Positions 1 through 9,610 of a stretch of DNA of 64,000 nucleotides are shown here, piece by piece. The position numbers were made by a program, and so were the translations under genes. Origin of the DNA: Lentisphaeria bacterium (lineage in GTDB: Bacteria > Verrucomicrobiota > Lentisphaeria > JABSQK01 > JAWLHB01); NCBI GenBank assembly GCA_041690595.1, contig JAWLHB010000009.1, positions 62,001 to 126,000 of the forward strand, in the 5' to 3' direction. The notes under the pieces are model-generated. The model had not been told where the DNA came from and made no database searches. It was given only the letters and a program-made list of their open reading frames with translations. Position 1 is the first letter of the stretch; each line of letters starts with the position of its first letter.

Positions 1-517
1 GGGCTGCGTCGATTTCGTCGCCGTCGCGGAGCGGCTGCTGGCGCAGAATCCACGCCTGCACGCCGTGCTGGTCGGTGGCGAGGCGGAATCGCAGGCAGGC
101 TACGCGGCCCGGGTTCGCGCCATGGTGGCGGCCTCGCCCCACGCGTCCCGCATCCATCTCCCCGGCTTTCAGAATGATGTACCCGCCTGGCTGCGCACCT
201 TCGACGCCCTCCTTTACCCGTCCCATACGGAAGCCTGTCCCATTCTCGTCCTCGAAGCCATGGAGGCCGGATTGCCGATGGTCCTGACCGCGGTAGGAGA
301 AATCCCCAGAATGGTTGACGGCATCGACGTCCCCCTCGTCCGGCCAATGGATCTCGACGCCATGGAGCAGGGCGCGCGAAGCATGCTCGCCCTCGATGAA
401 GCGACCAGAATCAGTTTGGCCCGTGACCTGCGGAAGCAAGTTGCCCAGCATTATAGCCTTGAGGCAATGATCGAGCGACATCTGGCCATGTACCGCCAGT
501 TGACCGAACCGGTTTGA
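1..517 (+). CDS. Glycosyltransferase family 4 (GT-B) protein, C-terminal part; 5' end lies outside the window
   Basis: Frame is open from position 2 (GCVDFVAVAERLL...). GT4 signature PSHTEACPILVLEAMEAGLPMV (E-x7-E). Confidence 0.85.
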   Translation, partial: GCVDFVAVAERLLAQNPRLHAVLVGGEAESQAGYAARVRAMVAASPHASRIHLPGFQNDVPAWLRTFDALLYPSHTEACPILVLEAMEAGLPMVLTAVGEIPRMVDGIDVPLVRPMDLDAMEQGARSMLALDEATRISLARDLRKQVAQHYSLEAMIERHLAMYRQLTEPV

Positions 518-553
518 CCGCGCAACTGTCCAACCTGCCATACAGATCCGACT

Positions 554-1204
554 ATGAAACTGACGGCATTTCTCGACCAGCTTTACGACCGGGGCGATGT
601 CTTGGTCGAGCACGGCCTGGTCGAACTTGACGAGCGGGATCGCGAGGAATCGACGGCTTATCTGGAACGTACCTACCACGAGGACCGTCTAACCCTTGCA
701 GGCGAGGCCCCTCCATTCGCACCGGAGGCGGCGGTATGGGCTGCTACCGTACTCTATCGCGCCTGCCAGTGCCTCGTCCAGAGACAGATACCCGCCCGCG
801 AGGTGCGCCAACTCCTCCAACCCGAGTATCCGATGGTGACCCCGGCTGTTGCCTACAGCGCCGATCTGACCTTCCGCTCCCTGCGTGAGCTGCTGCGCCT
901 CGCCCGCGGCCTTGCGCCCAGCGACGCGCTCGTCGAAGCCCTCCTCGATCTTGGGTCCCATTGGCCATTCTCCTCCACCGGCATCGACCATCTGCCCAAG
1001 CTGCGCAACCTGGGGACGATTCTGGAACATCCCGGCCTCCTTGCGGCCTATGCGGATCGGATCATCCTGGCGAAGGACGCCACCCGGCTGGAACCGCCCG
1101 AGGTAAGGAGCGCCATAGCAGGCGCACTCGGGGATCATGCGGAGCACTACTGGCCGGAGTATTCAGCCATCGTCTCGAACCTGAAGGAGAACCCGCATGC
1201 GTGA
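554..1204 (+). CDS. MoxR-vWA-beta-propeller ternary system component, bpX4-like
   Basis: Motifs WAATVLYRACQ, YSADLTFR, LARGLAPSD, WPFSS resemble bpX4 proteins as I recall them; overlaps the MoxR gene. Confidence 0.7.
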   Translation: MKLTAFLDQLYDRGDVLVEHGLVELDERDREESTAYLERTYHEDRLTLAGEAPPFAPEAAVWAATVLYRACQCLVQRQIPAREVRQLLQPEYPMVTPAVAYSADLTFRSLRELLRLARGLAPSDALVEALLDLGSHWPFSSTGIDHLPKLRNLGTILEHPGLLAAYADRIILAKDATRLEPPEVRSAIAGALGDHAEHYWPEYSAIVSNLKENPHA

Positions 1205-2348
1205 CACCGCCCGTCAGCCATCCACTCTGCCGCGGCTCCAAGGCCATGTTCTCGACGCCATGAAGCGCACCTTTGTCGGCAAGGACGAGATTATCGATCT
1301 GCTCGGAATCTGCCTCGTCGGCGGCGAAAACCTCTTCATGCTGGGGCCGCCCGGAACCGCCAAGAGTGCCCTCGTCCAGGAACTCGGCAGGCTGATCGAT
1401 GGCCGCACCTTCGACTACCTGCTCACCCGCTTCACCGAACCCAACGAACTCTTCGGCCCCTTCGATATCCGCCGCCTCCGCGAAGGAGAACTCGTCACCA
1501 ACACCGAAGGTATGCTTCCCGAAGCGCACCTCATCTTTCTCGATGAGCTGCTCAACGCCAACAGCGCCATCCTCAACAGCCTCCTCCTCGTGCTCAACGA
1601 GCGGATCTTTCGCCGCGGCCGCGAAACTCGCCCCCTCCCCACCCTGATGGTCGTCGGCGCCAGCAATCGCCTCCCCGATGATGAGGCCCTGCGAGCCCTC
1701 TTCGATCGCTTCCTCATCCGCGTTCACTGCGACAACGTCGCGCCCGACCTGTTGGCCGACGTCCTCTCCGCCGGCTGGGCGCTCGAACAGCGCCAGGGCC
1801 TTCCCGAGATGCCCATCTCCGCCGCCGACGTGCAGGAGCTTCAGCGCCAGTTGCCGGAGGTCGAGCTGACCTCCGTGCGGGACGCCTACCTCTCGCTGGT
1901 CCAGCATCTGCGCAACGCCGGCATCGCCATCTCCGACCGGCGCGCCGTCAAGCTGCAGCGGCTCATGGCCGCAAGCGCCCTCCTCTGCGGGCGACGGCAG
2001 GCGCTCCCCTCCGACCTCTGGGTGCTGCGCTATATCTGGGACAGTCTCGAACAGCAGGAAGTGATCGGCGCAATCGTCGACGAAGCCATCAGTCAACACG
2101 AAAAAGAGCCCCGCGAGCATCCCCGAGCCCGGAGCAGCCAGGCGCCGGACCCCGAAGAACTCAGCCGCGAACTCGACGGCGTCGCCAGGCGCCTCGCCGC
2201 CGCCGACCTGACCCTGGCCGAGCAAGCCGTCCTCAAGGATCGCCTTCGTCACCTGGCCGGACGCTGTGAATGGGTCCGCGACGAGGAACAGCGCGCCACG
2301 CTCCAACACCATGTCGATGACCTATGGCGAGAGATAGTGAAAAACTAG
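1197..2348 (+). CDS. MoxR/RavA-type AAA+ ATPase
   Basis: Walker A GPPGTAKS, YLLTRFTEPNELFGP, Walker B IFLDE, NSAILNSLL, ALFDRF arginine finger. Confidence 0.93.
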   Translation: MRDTARQPSTLPRLQGHVLDAMKRTFVGKDEIIDLLGICLVGGENLFMLGPPGTAKSALVQELGRLIDGRTFDYLLTRFTEPNELFGPFDIRRLREGELVTNTEGMLPEAHLIFLDELLNANSAILNSLLLVLNERIFRRGRETRPLPTLMVVGASNRLPDDEALRALFDRFLIRVHCDNVAPDLLADVLSAGWALEQRQGLPEMPISAADVQELQRQLPEVELTSVRDAYLSLVQHLRNAGIAISDRRAVKLQRLMAASALLCGRRQALPSDLWVLRYIWDSLEQQEVIGAIVDEAISQHEKEPREHPRARSSQAPDPEELSRELDGVARRLAAADLTLAEQAVLKDRLRHLAGRCEWVRDEEQRATLQHHVDDLWREIVKN

Positions 2349-3067
2349 CGGAAAGCCCCTGGGCGGTCGTCCTCCAGCGCCATCGCGCCGCCAGCCTTGG
2401 ATCCCTGCGCCACTTGCGCAACATCGATATCCTGGTGCGCCAGGAGTCCATCTGGCTGCAAGGCTCCGAATGGACGGAGGAGGTCGCCCACCTGCTCCGG
2501 CAAATACCCTGTGACGGGCGTTACCGCCTGTTGGAGGATCGACGTCTCCTCCCAATGGGCAAACGCTTGCCCACCGGGCGTCTGCCCGAAGGTCCGTGGG
2601 CGCCGCTGGCACACTTTCTCGTCCCCCGCTTTCAATCGGCCGCCTTTCCGGGTGAGATGCCGGCCCCATGTCCCGTGGAACTGATACGCAGCGCCGACGA
2701 GCAGCCAACGGTAGCGATGCTCACCACCCTGGCTGATTGGCTGGCCTATGGCGAATCGGCCCCCGGCGTGCGACTGCGCGACCTCTCTTTTGCCATTGCC
2801 AACGACGGGCGCGTGCTCGTCCTCGGCCAGCCGCCGCCATCGATGCCCGGCACCGGTTATCACGCGACTGGCCGGATCCTGATGCCTGCCGGCTACTGCT
2901 GCACCCTCGCGATCGTGCCACGGCTCCTGTCCAAGACCCTTCGCCTCCGCCAGGACGATCGCGCGCTTCTCCATGCCGACGGCACTTGCGAAAAGCTCCC
3001 GGGCGATGCCTTTGTGGCCGCCTCCCGCTCCGCCATCCGGCTCAGTTGCGAGGGCACCCATGGCTGA
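2324..3067 (+). CDS. Ternary system component, bpX2-like
   Basis: Overlaps both neighbours; LGSLRH...IWLQG...QIP and PPPSMPG motifs; position in the operon. Confidence 0.65.
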   Translation: MARDSEKLAESPWAVVLQRHRAASLGSLRHLRNIDILVRQESIWLQGSEWTEEVAHLLRQIPCDGRYRLLEDRRLLPMGKRLPTGRLPEGPWAPLAHFLVPRFQSAAFPGEMPAPCPVELIRSADEQPTVAMLTTLADWLAYGESAPGVRLRDLSFAIANDGRVLVLGQPPPSMPGTGYHATGRILMPAGYCCTLAIVPRLLSKTLRLRQDDRALLHADGTCEKLPGDAFVAASRSAIRLSCEGTHG

Positions 3068-5561
3068 ACTCACTTCCACCACCCTCCACTACCTGATGGC
3101 CGGAAAGGATTACTTCTGGCGATGGGAAGAAGACGGCGACGTCATCTGCTGGCGCAATGGCACCACCATCGTCTTCCGTGATGAACTCTGCGAGCTTCTC
3201 GAACCCCTGGCCGGCCAGGGGCTTCCTCCCTTCGGCGCCATCCTCATCACCCTCGCCGCCTGCCGCCCTGCCTGGAATGCCCACAGCGCCGAGGCCGGCA
3301 TTCTGCAGGGCGTCGGCATGCTCGCCGGCGGCGTCCCCGACGGCGACCTCAACCTCGGCGTTCGAAATGTCCTCCGGCGACTCGACGTCGTCGCCAACCT
3401 CCCGGAGCCACTCCGCCACGGCCTCGCCGCCAAGGCCACCCTCCTCGCACTCCTCTTCGACTCCACCGCCGAGCGCTTTTCCCGCCGAGAATCCCGCCAC
3501 GTCCTCGATGCCCTCCGCCGTGAGCACCTCGACGAAACCCTCGTCGGACAGATCGACCGCGTCCCCGTTCTCTATCGCCTTACCGGCGACCTGCGCGCCT
3601 TGCGCGAAGCACTCCGCAACCTCGACAGCGAAAGCCTCGCCCGCCGCCTCAGAACCTCCCTCGATCGCCTGCCGATCCCCACGCAACCCGCAACCGACCA
3701 GTTGCCAGAGCTGGCCGGCGACAGCCTCTTCGACCAGTTGAGCGCCGATGCCGCGACCGCCGGCCTTGCCCGCCTCGGCCGACACATGGCCGCCATTCTC
3801 CGTCTCCCCCGCCAACAGAACCGCGGAGGCCAACTGCCCCTGGACGGCTTCGTCGACATTGCCAACCGGGGCAGCTTGGACCGCCTCCTCGTCAGCGAAC
3901 TGGCGATGGATGACCTCACTCTGGCGGTGCGCCTGGCAAACCATGAGGCCCTCTTTCTGCGGCGGGAGGCAACGCCCGAGCCGTGCCGCCGGCGGCGGCG
4001 GATATTGCTCGACCATGGCATTCGCATGTGGGGAACACCGCGGATAGTCGCGCTCTCGGCAGCCTTGGGCATTCTCGACCGGCATCGGGATGCTGAGCTG
4101 CTGGTGCACCACGATGGCCACTTCTCGCCGATCTCGCTGCACACCGTGCAGCAGGTGCAGCAGGAACTGGAGCGGCTGGAACCCGCCCCCCACCCCGCCA
4201 TCGCGCTCCAGCGCCTGCTCGCCGTGACCGACGGTGTGCAGCGTGACGATATCCTGATCACCCACCGCGCCGTGCTGAAGGATCCCGAGTTCGAGAGAAT
4301 CTGGCGAGAGCTGGGAGAATCTCGCCCCGGAGCCCTGTTGGCCATCGGCAATCGCGGTGAGCTGCAACTCCATGCGGTCTCTTCCCAGGGGCTGCATTCG
4401 CTGCTGGAAGCCAAGCTGGATCTGCAACGGCTGCTCGGTGATCCGGCTGCACCCGTGATGCCCGCCGAGAGCATCGTGGCCGGCGACGTGCAGCTCCCCG
4501 TCATCCTCTCCTGCCAACCCTTCCCCCTGCTGCTGCCCGCCACCCTCGCCACCGGCGGCGAACCCGGCGCCTGCCTCCCCGATCTGGGCATCGTGGGTGT
4601 CACCCGCGATCGACGCCTCATGCACTGGCCCCCCAACACCTCTCGCTATGGGCGCCAGCTGCTCGATACCGTCCCCCCCGCCGACCGCTACTGGGTTTCA
4701 CTCGGCGAAGAGGGCCAGATCGCCGTTGTCGCCGCCACCGACATCAGCGACAGTGAGCAGGAAACACGCCTGCTCGTCACCGACCTCAATGCCCGTGTTC
4801 GCGAGCTGTACAGCCTCGGCATCGCCACCGAACCCGTGCGGTTTGTCCACCGCAGCCATGACTGGATGCTCATCTTCAGCGACCACTCCGTCCATGCCGT
4901 CGATCCCGCCAGCGGCCGCATCAAGTACCGGTACATCTACAGCCCCGGCGAGGAATACTGGCAGGGCCCCTTCCTCAAGCGGGGACTCGACACCATCCTC
5001 GTCCTCATCCATTCTCAGGCAATCTGGCATGAAGTTGTCCCCGACGATTTTGCCATCGGCGACCTCGTCCATCCCTACGACCCCGCCCACTTCGATGCGC
5101 TGCCGCGCCAGGCCGCCTGCCTCCTCCCCGCCGTCGAAGGCATCGGGATCAGCAGCAGCGGCCAGTTGACCCTTATCCAGGAAGACGGACGCCGATGGAG
5201 CCTGCGTTTCGGCGCCCACTCCCTCCGCTGGACCCTCAATGCCACCGAATCCGCCGAACGCCTCTCGCGACACCTCGCCCTGAAACCGACCCCCGCTCCA
5301 CCCGGCGTCGGCTACAAGCTCCGTAACGCCGTCTGGCGCGATGGCTCGGCCGCCTTCGTCGATTCCAGGGGGCTGCTCCACCTCAAGAGCGCCCAGGCCG
5401 CCCTGCCCGAGGTCACCATCGTCCTCGTCACCGACCAGCCCGCCGCCTGCTGGGCCTCCGACGGCACCTGTTGCGGCCCGGCCGGTTACCATGGCCGCAC
5501 CGGCATTCCCGCAAGGGACTTCCACCACAAAATCAGCCTCTTCATGAACGGCCTCCCATGA
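3060..5561 (+). CDS. bpX0/vWA/bpX1-like beta-propeller protein of the ternary system
   Basis: ATG at 3060 overlaps the upstream stop (3067). N-terminal YFWRWEEDG...GTTIVF...GLPPFGAILI; GFVDIANRGSLDRLLVSELA; vWA-like ILLDHGIRMWGTPR; beta-rich C-terminus ending AFVDSRGLLHLKS. Confidence 0.75.
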   Translation: MAELTSTTLHYLMAGKDYFWRWEEDGDVICWRNGTTIVFRDELCELLEPLAGQGLPPFGAILITLAACRPAWNAHSAEAGILQGVGMLAGGVPDGDLNLGVRNVLRRLDVVANLPEPLRHGLAAKATLLALLFDSTAERFSRRESRHVLDALRREHLDETLVGQIDRVPVLYRLTGDLRALREALRNLDSESLARRLRTSLDRLPIPTQPATDQLPELAGDSLFDQLSADAATAGLARLGRHMAAILRLPRQQNRGGQLPLDGFVDIANRGSLDRLLVSELAMDDLTLAVRLANHEALFLRREATPEPCRRRRRILLDHGIRMWGTPRIVALSAALGILDRHRDAELLVHHDGHFSPISLHTVQQVQQELERLEPAPHPAIALQRLLAVTDGVQRDDILITHRAVLKDPEFERIWRELGESRPGALLAIGNRGELQLHAVSSQGLHSLLEAKLDLQRLLGDPAAPVMPAESIVAGDVQLPVILSCQPFPLLLPATLATGGEPGACLPDLGIVGVTRDRRLMHWPPNTSRYGRQLLDTVPPADRYWVSLGEEGQIAVVAATDISDSEQETRLLVTDLNARVRELYSLGIATEPVRFVHRSHDWMLIFSDHSVHAVDPASGRIKYRYIYSPGEEYWQGPFLKRGLDTILVLIHSQAIWHEVVPDDFAIGDLVHPYDPAHFDALPRQAACLLPAVEGIGISSSGQLTLIQEDGRRWSLRFGAHSLRWTLNATESAERLSRHLALKPTPAPPGVGYKLRNAVWRDGSAAFVDSRGLLHLKSAQAALPEVTIVLVTDQPAACWASDGTCCGPAGYHGRTGIPARDFHHKISLFMNGLP

Positions 5562-8311
5562 TCGACCTCCCCGTCCATCTTCGGATTGCCTCCACTCCGC
5601 GGGAGCCCGCCGCCGCCCTGATTCGCGGCAACACCAGCGAGCTCTGGCTCCGCGAGCTTTCCGCGTGGCCGGGCGACCCCCTGCGCTTGCGCCTCTACAT
5701 CGTGCCGGCCTCCCTGCGGGACCGTTCCCCCGCGGGATTGCTCGTCGTCCCCACCGACGGCAGCCTCCCGCCGCCGACCAGCCGCCTGCAGCATTACGCT
5801 TGCCTCGCCGACTCCCTCTACCTTCCGGTGAACAGCCAGCTGGCCGCCGCCATTCGGCCGGAAGAGCTGCACCAGCTCCTCGTCTGGCCTGTCTCCCTCC
5901 TGCATCCCACCATCGGCCTCGTCGGATTCGATGACCGCGATGCCATCGATATTGCCAGCCTGATCGAACCACCCAAACAGCGCGATACCCTCTGGAATGG
6001 CGCCAACCCCGGCTTGCCTCAGGCCCCTCCCCTGCACAGCGTCCAGTTGCTGCCCGCATCCGCCCAGGAACTGCTCATGGAAGGGCGCGACGAGATCGCC
6101 AGCCGGGATCCAGGCATGCTGCCCGCCGACCCCGCCGCCGGCACCGATGAACAGGGCTTCGCCGACAAGATCCAGTACAGCGTCCTCAAGGCTCTGGCGG
6201 CACTGCGCCGCAAGGAACCGGCCTCCGCCGACGCCGGCCCCTCGAACCAGGCTGCCGCGGAGCGTTCAGGACTCTGGCAGTGGGTGAACGATCGCCTCGC
6301 CGAGCTGGACAATCTCCGCCAGCGCGAGGTCGATCGGCTGCTCAACCTCATGGAGCGCAACCCGGATGAAGCTCTCAAGTACGCGGTCCCCCTGGCAAAC
6401 CCCTACCAGTATCGCGGCCAGGCCAAGCCCACGGGAACCCTGCGCAGCCAGGAAATCGACTTCAACCTTGCGCATCTGGGCGGCGGGCAGGCCACCGACG
6501 CGTGGCAGGTCGATCAGGCGGCCTATCGGCGGCTCCGCGACCATTACCTCGCCGCCACCCGCCGCGAGCTGAACCTGCGCCGCTATCGGCGGGCAGCCTT
6601 CATCTTCGCTCACCTCCTTGGCGATTACCATGCCGCCGCCAATGCACTCGAACAAGGCGGCCATTATCAGGAAGCCGCCATGCTCTACCGCGATCACCTC
6701 CACCGCCCTCTGGCCGCCGCCGCCTGCCTGCAGAAATGCGGCCTCTACGAGCAGGCCGCCAAAATTTATGTCGACGAGCAGCACTTCGAGCAGGCCGGCG
6801 ACCTCTACATGAAGCTCGACGAAGGCGAACGCGCCACGGCCTGCTACCGCCATGCCGTGGCGGCACTGATCAGCAGCAGACTCGACTACATCGGCGCCGC
6901 CCGCATCCTCCACGACAAGCTGCAATGCCCCGATGAAGCCTTGACAACCCTCCTGTCGGCGTGGCCGGAAGCCAACCAGGGCGAGCGCTGCCTTCAGCTA
7001 TGGTTCGAGCGCCAAGGCACCAACGGCCGCCACGATCTGGCTTCCTCCCAGCTTCGCCACCTTGCTGCCCAGCCCCTCACCGATCGCCAGCTCGGCAGCT
7101 TTGCCGCTGTTCTCTGCGAACTGATCCACAGCTATCCGCAACCCGCTTTCCGCGAGCTTGCCGGCGATACCGGCCGGATCCTCATCGCCGGCCGCCTCCA
7201 GACCACCACCAATCGCACCTTCTCCCGCCAACTCCTCGACCAACTCGCCAGGTGCGCGCCCGATGACAAGCTGCTTGGCCGCGACTGCATTCGCTTTGCC
7301 GCCAGCCAGCCCGTCGTCCCCCTGATTGCCGCCAACGCCGAGAGCGCGGAGCGCCTGCAACAGCCGCGACGCGTGCTCACCCCCTTCGGCGAGACCCTTC
7401 GTGAATGCCTCACCGCCACCACCTGTCATCAGGGCTTTCTCGCCCTCGCTTCCCTGGATCACGGCCTCCAACTCATTCGCGGCAACTGGGATGGTTTCCT
7501 GCAGAGCAACACCTGGCATGACGTGCATTCCCTCCGCGCCATCGGCCTCACTGTCGGCGGCCCCATCGGTGGCGACGGACATGCCGTCGAGACCGCCATC
7601 GTCTTCTCCCAGCTCACCAGCCGCGTCCCCCTCCGCAACCTGCCGCCCAACAACGACTTCGAACTCGAACTGCAGGTCGGCGCCCCCTCCTGGCTGCCCG
7701 AGAATACCGTCAGCCTCTGCGGCAACGATGATGGCGGCTTCCTCGTCCTCCAGCGCCAGCAACACGGCTTTGTGCTCTGCGAGTACAATCACCGGGGCCA
7801 GCTCCTCGTCACCCGCGCCTTCGATTTCGGTGACCGCTCCGTCAACGAAGCCGCCGCCATGCCCTTCCTCGCCAGTTGGCGCGATCATGCCTACCTCTGC
7901 TGGGGCAACCGCCTCTGGTGGCTGCGGCCCGGCACGCTCAGCAACCGCCGTCTCGAGCTGCCCGACCGCGCCCGTCTCTTTGCCGCCTGCCGCACCCTCG
8001 CCTATCCGCAGATGGCCATCGCCACCACCAGCACCTGCCTGCTCTACTGGCCCGATATCGATACCGACGACTATCGCGAACGCACCATCGAGGATCTGGC
8101 TCCCACCGCCATCGGCTTTCTCGAAAACGGCGATCTGGTGATCTGCGAAGAGGCGCTCGCCCACCTCTACCGCCTCCGCCACGGCGACTACACCCTCGAC
8201 TGCGACTTCGCCTTGCCCGGCACCGGCATCGCCGTCCTGCCCATGGACCGCGGCGCCACCTTTGCCGTCCTCACCCGCTGTGGTCGGCTGGTCCAATGCC
8301 ATGCCCGCTGA
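5558..8311 (+). CDS. bpX3-like protein with TPR-like helical repeats and C-terminal beta-propeller-like region
   Basis: ATGA overlap with upstream stop; NPDEALKYAVPL motif; TPR-like repeats (YRRAAFIFAHLLGDYHAAANALEQGGHYQEAAMLY); beta-rich C-terminus. Confidence 0.75.
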   Translation: MIDLPVHLRIASTPREPAAALIRGNTSELWLRELSAWPGDPLRLRLYIVPASLRDRSPAGLLVVPTDGSLPPPTSRLQHYACLADSLYLPVNSQLAAAIRPEELHQLLVWPVSLLHPTIGLVGFDDRDAIDIASLIEPPKQRDTLWNGANPGLPQAPPLHSVQLLPASAQELLMEGRDEIASRDPGMLPADPAAGTDEQGFADKIQYSVLKALAALRRKEPASADAGPSNQAAAERSGLWQWVNDRLAELDNLRQREVDRLLNLMERNPDEALKYAVPLANPYQYRGQAKPTGTLRSQEIDFNLAHLGGGQATDAWQVDQAAYRRLRDHYLAATRRELNLRRYRRAAFIFAHLLGDYHAAANALEQGGHYQEAAMLYRDHLHRPLAAAACLQKCGLYEQAAKIYVDEQHFEQAGDLYMKLDEGERATACYRHAVAALISSRLDYIGAARILHDKLQCPDEALTTLLSAWPEANQGERCLQLWFERQGTNGRHDLASSQLRHLAAQPLTDRQLGSFAAVLCELIHSYPQPAFRELAGDTGRILIAGRLQTTTNRTFSRQLLDQLARCAPDDKLLGRDCIRFAASQPVVPLIAANAESAERLQQPRRVLTPFGETLRECLTATTCHQGFLALASLDHGLQLIRGNWDGFLQSNTWHDVHSLRAIGLTVGGPIGGDGHAVETAIVFSQLTSRVPLRNLPPNNDFELELQVGAPSWLPENTVSLCGNDDGGFLVLQRQQHGFVLCEYNHRGQLLVTRAFDFGDRSVNEAAAMPFLASWRDHAYLCWGNRLWWLRPGTLSNRRLELPDRARLFAACRTLAYPQMAIATTSTCLLYWPDIDTDDYRERTIEDLAPTAIGFLENGDLVICEEALAHLYRLRHGDYTLDCDFALPGTGIAVLPMDRGATFAVLTRCGRLVQCHAR

Positions 8312-8320
8312 CGCGACACG

Positions 8321-9289
8321 TCAGGGCTTGCCCGCGGCGTACATCTCCGCCACTTCCCCGGGCGCGAGCGCCCGCTTGAAGACCAGCACCTCGTCGATGA
8401 ATCCCTCAAACCAGGGGGGCATCGTGAACGAACTGAGCCCGCTGCTGTTGAACATGGGCGCATTGCTGCCGACTCCGATGTAGCCAAAGCACCACGGTAT
8501 CATCGGAGCCGTGGAGCGTAGCGGCCTGCCATCGTGCGGATCGCTGAAACTGCCGGTTGCCGTGCCGGCCGTGGTCAGTTGCGCCACCGGAACCTCAAAT
8601 CCGTCGACAAAGAGCCGTTTGCGGTTCCCCGAGCCCTCTTTGTCGTACGTGCCCACCACCAGGTGCCACTTCCCGTCGCTCAAGGACTTGTAGCGCGCTT
8701 CGGCCGAACTGGCCACCATCAGGTCATGCGTGTCGCTGTTGGACGAGGTCGTGTGCCAACCCGCACCCCCGCTGCCATACACCGCCGTGAGCCGCCAGGC
8801 TTCCGAACGATCATTGTCGACGAGTATCTGCGGGGTCGCTTTGCTGGTCTTGAACCAGGCCGCCACCGTGGCAGCCGGCCACTTGTCCCGCGTGTGCCAG
8901 CCCCCTCGCATCGCCACGAAATCGTCCTGACCGTCAAAATAGAGCGTGCTCTTCTTGTTCAGGCGTCCTCCCTTCCCTATCCACAACGGCCGGTGCGAAC
9001 CATCGGCGAGGAGCGCGTCATAGGTGTCCGCGCGATAAGCGACATCGTCGCTTCGGCCCACGGCCAGATTGGCCGAATCGACACCTTCACCTTCCTCGAA
9101 GGTGTAGTAGCGATGCAGCGCTGGATCGTTGCGAATGGTTCGACTGTAGCTGAGCCAGCGGCTCTTTGCTGCCATTCTCGGCGCGCTCATCACCGCCGGG
9201 ATCGTCATAGCGATGATGACCCCGATCACCGCGATGATCACCAGCAACTCCGTCAGCGTGAAGCACCTGGCGTCACCGCTCGACTCCAT
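8321..9289 (-). CDS. Prepilin-type N-terminal methylation domain protein fused to a LamG/concanavalin A-like domain
   Basis: C|FTLTELLVIIAVIGVIIAMTIPA; LamG motifs LYFDG, TVAAWFK, DGKWHLVVGTYD, LFVDG, FEGFIDEVLVFKRAL; GGAGG RBS upstream of ATG 9289. Confidence 0.85.
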   Translation of the reverse strand: MESSGDARCFTLTELLVIIAVIGVIIAMTIPAVMSAPRMAAKSRWLSYSRTIRNDPALHRYYTFEEGEGVDSANLAVGRSDDVAYRADTYDALLADGSHRPLWIGKGGRLNKKSTLYFDGQDDFVAMRGGWHTRDKWPAATVAAWFKTSKATPQILVDNDRSEAWRLTAVYGSGGAGWHTTSSNSDTHDLMVASSAEARYKSLSDGKWHLVVGTYDKEGSGNRKRLFVDGFEVPVAQLTTAGTATGSFSDPHDGRPLRSTAPMIPWCFGYIGVGSNAPMFNSSGLSSFTMPPWFEGFIDEVLVFKRALAPGEVAEMYAAGKP

Positions 9290-9343
9290 TCTACCCTCCC
9301 CTTCACTCACAGGACAAGGACACCCTTTTGTTACGGAAGCCGC

Positions 9344-9372
9344 AGTATACCCCGCAACCTCCTCATTGACAA
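9344..9372 (-). promoter_or_regulatory. Putative sigma70 promoter of the pilin-LamG gene
   Basis: TTGTCA-N17-TATACT on the minus strand. Confidence 0.5.
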
Positions 9373-9486
9373 GCTGTTAAGCCCTTTTACCGCCAGTCAA
9401 ATCTTACCAACGCCCCCAACGCGGGCGCCCCCAACCAACCTCCTTCTGCCGTTTACTGCGTCTCCTGCGCTTCCTGCCCAACGGGG

Positions 9487-9528
9487 CTGCGTCCGCTGCC
9501 GTCCACTGCGTCCACTGCGTCCTGTCCC
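9487..9528. repeat. Short intergenic tandem repeat, about 9-nt period (ctgcgtcca)
   Basis: ctgcgtccg ctgccgtcca ctgcgtcca ctgcgtcc tgtccc. Confidence 0.7.
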
Positions 9529-9541
9529 AATCGCACGGGTC

Positions 9542-9580
9542 AAAAAAGAGCGACCGCCCTGGGGGTGGCAGGGCGGTCGC
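9542..9580 (-). terminator. Rho-independent terminator of the hcp operon
   Basis: Perfect 12-bp stem gcgaccgccctg/cagggcggtcgc, 7-nt loop, followed by TCTTTTTT on the minus strand. Confidence 0.85.
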
Positions 9581-9610
9581 GAGGTCAATCAGGGTAATGG
9601 GGGATGCAGA

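Noticed and set aside
3042..8302. Several long minus-strand ORFs over the bpX genes
   Set aside because: Shadow frames caused by C-ending codons; no recognisable domains.
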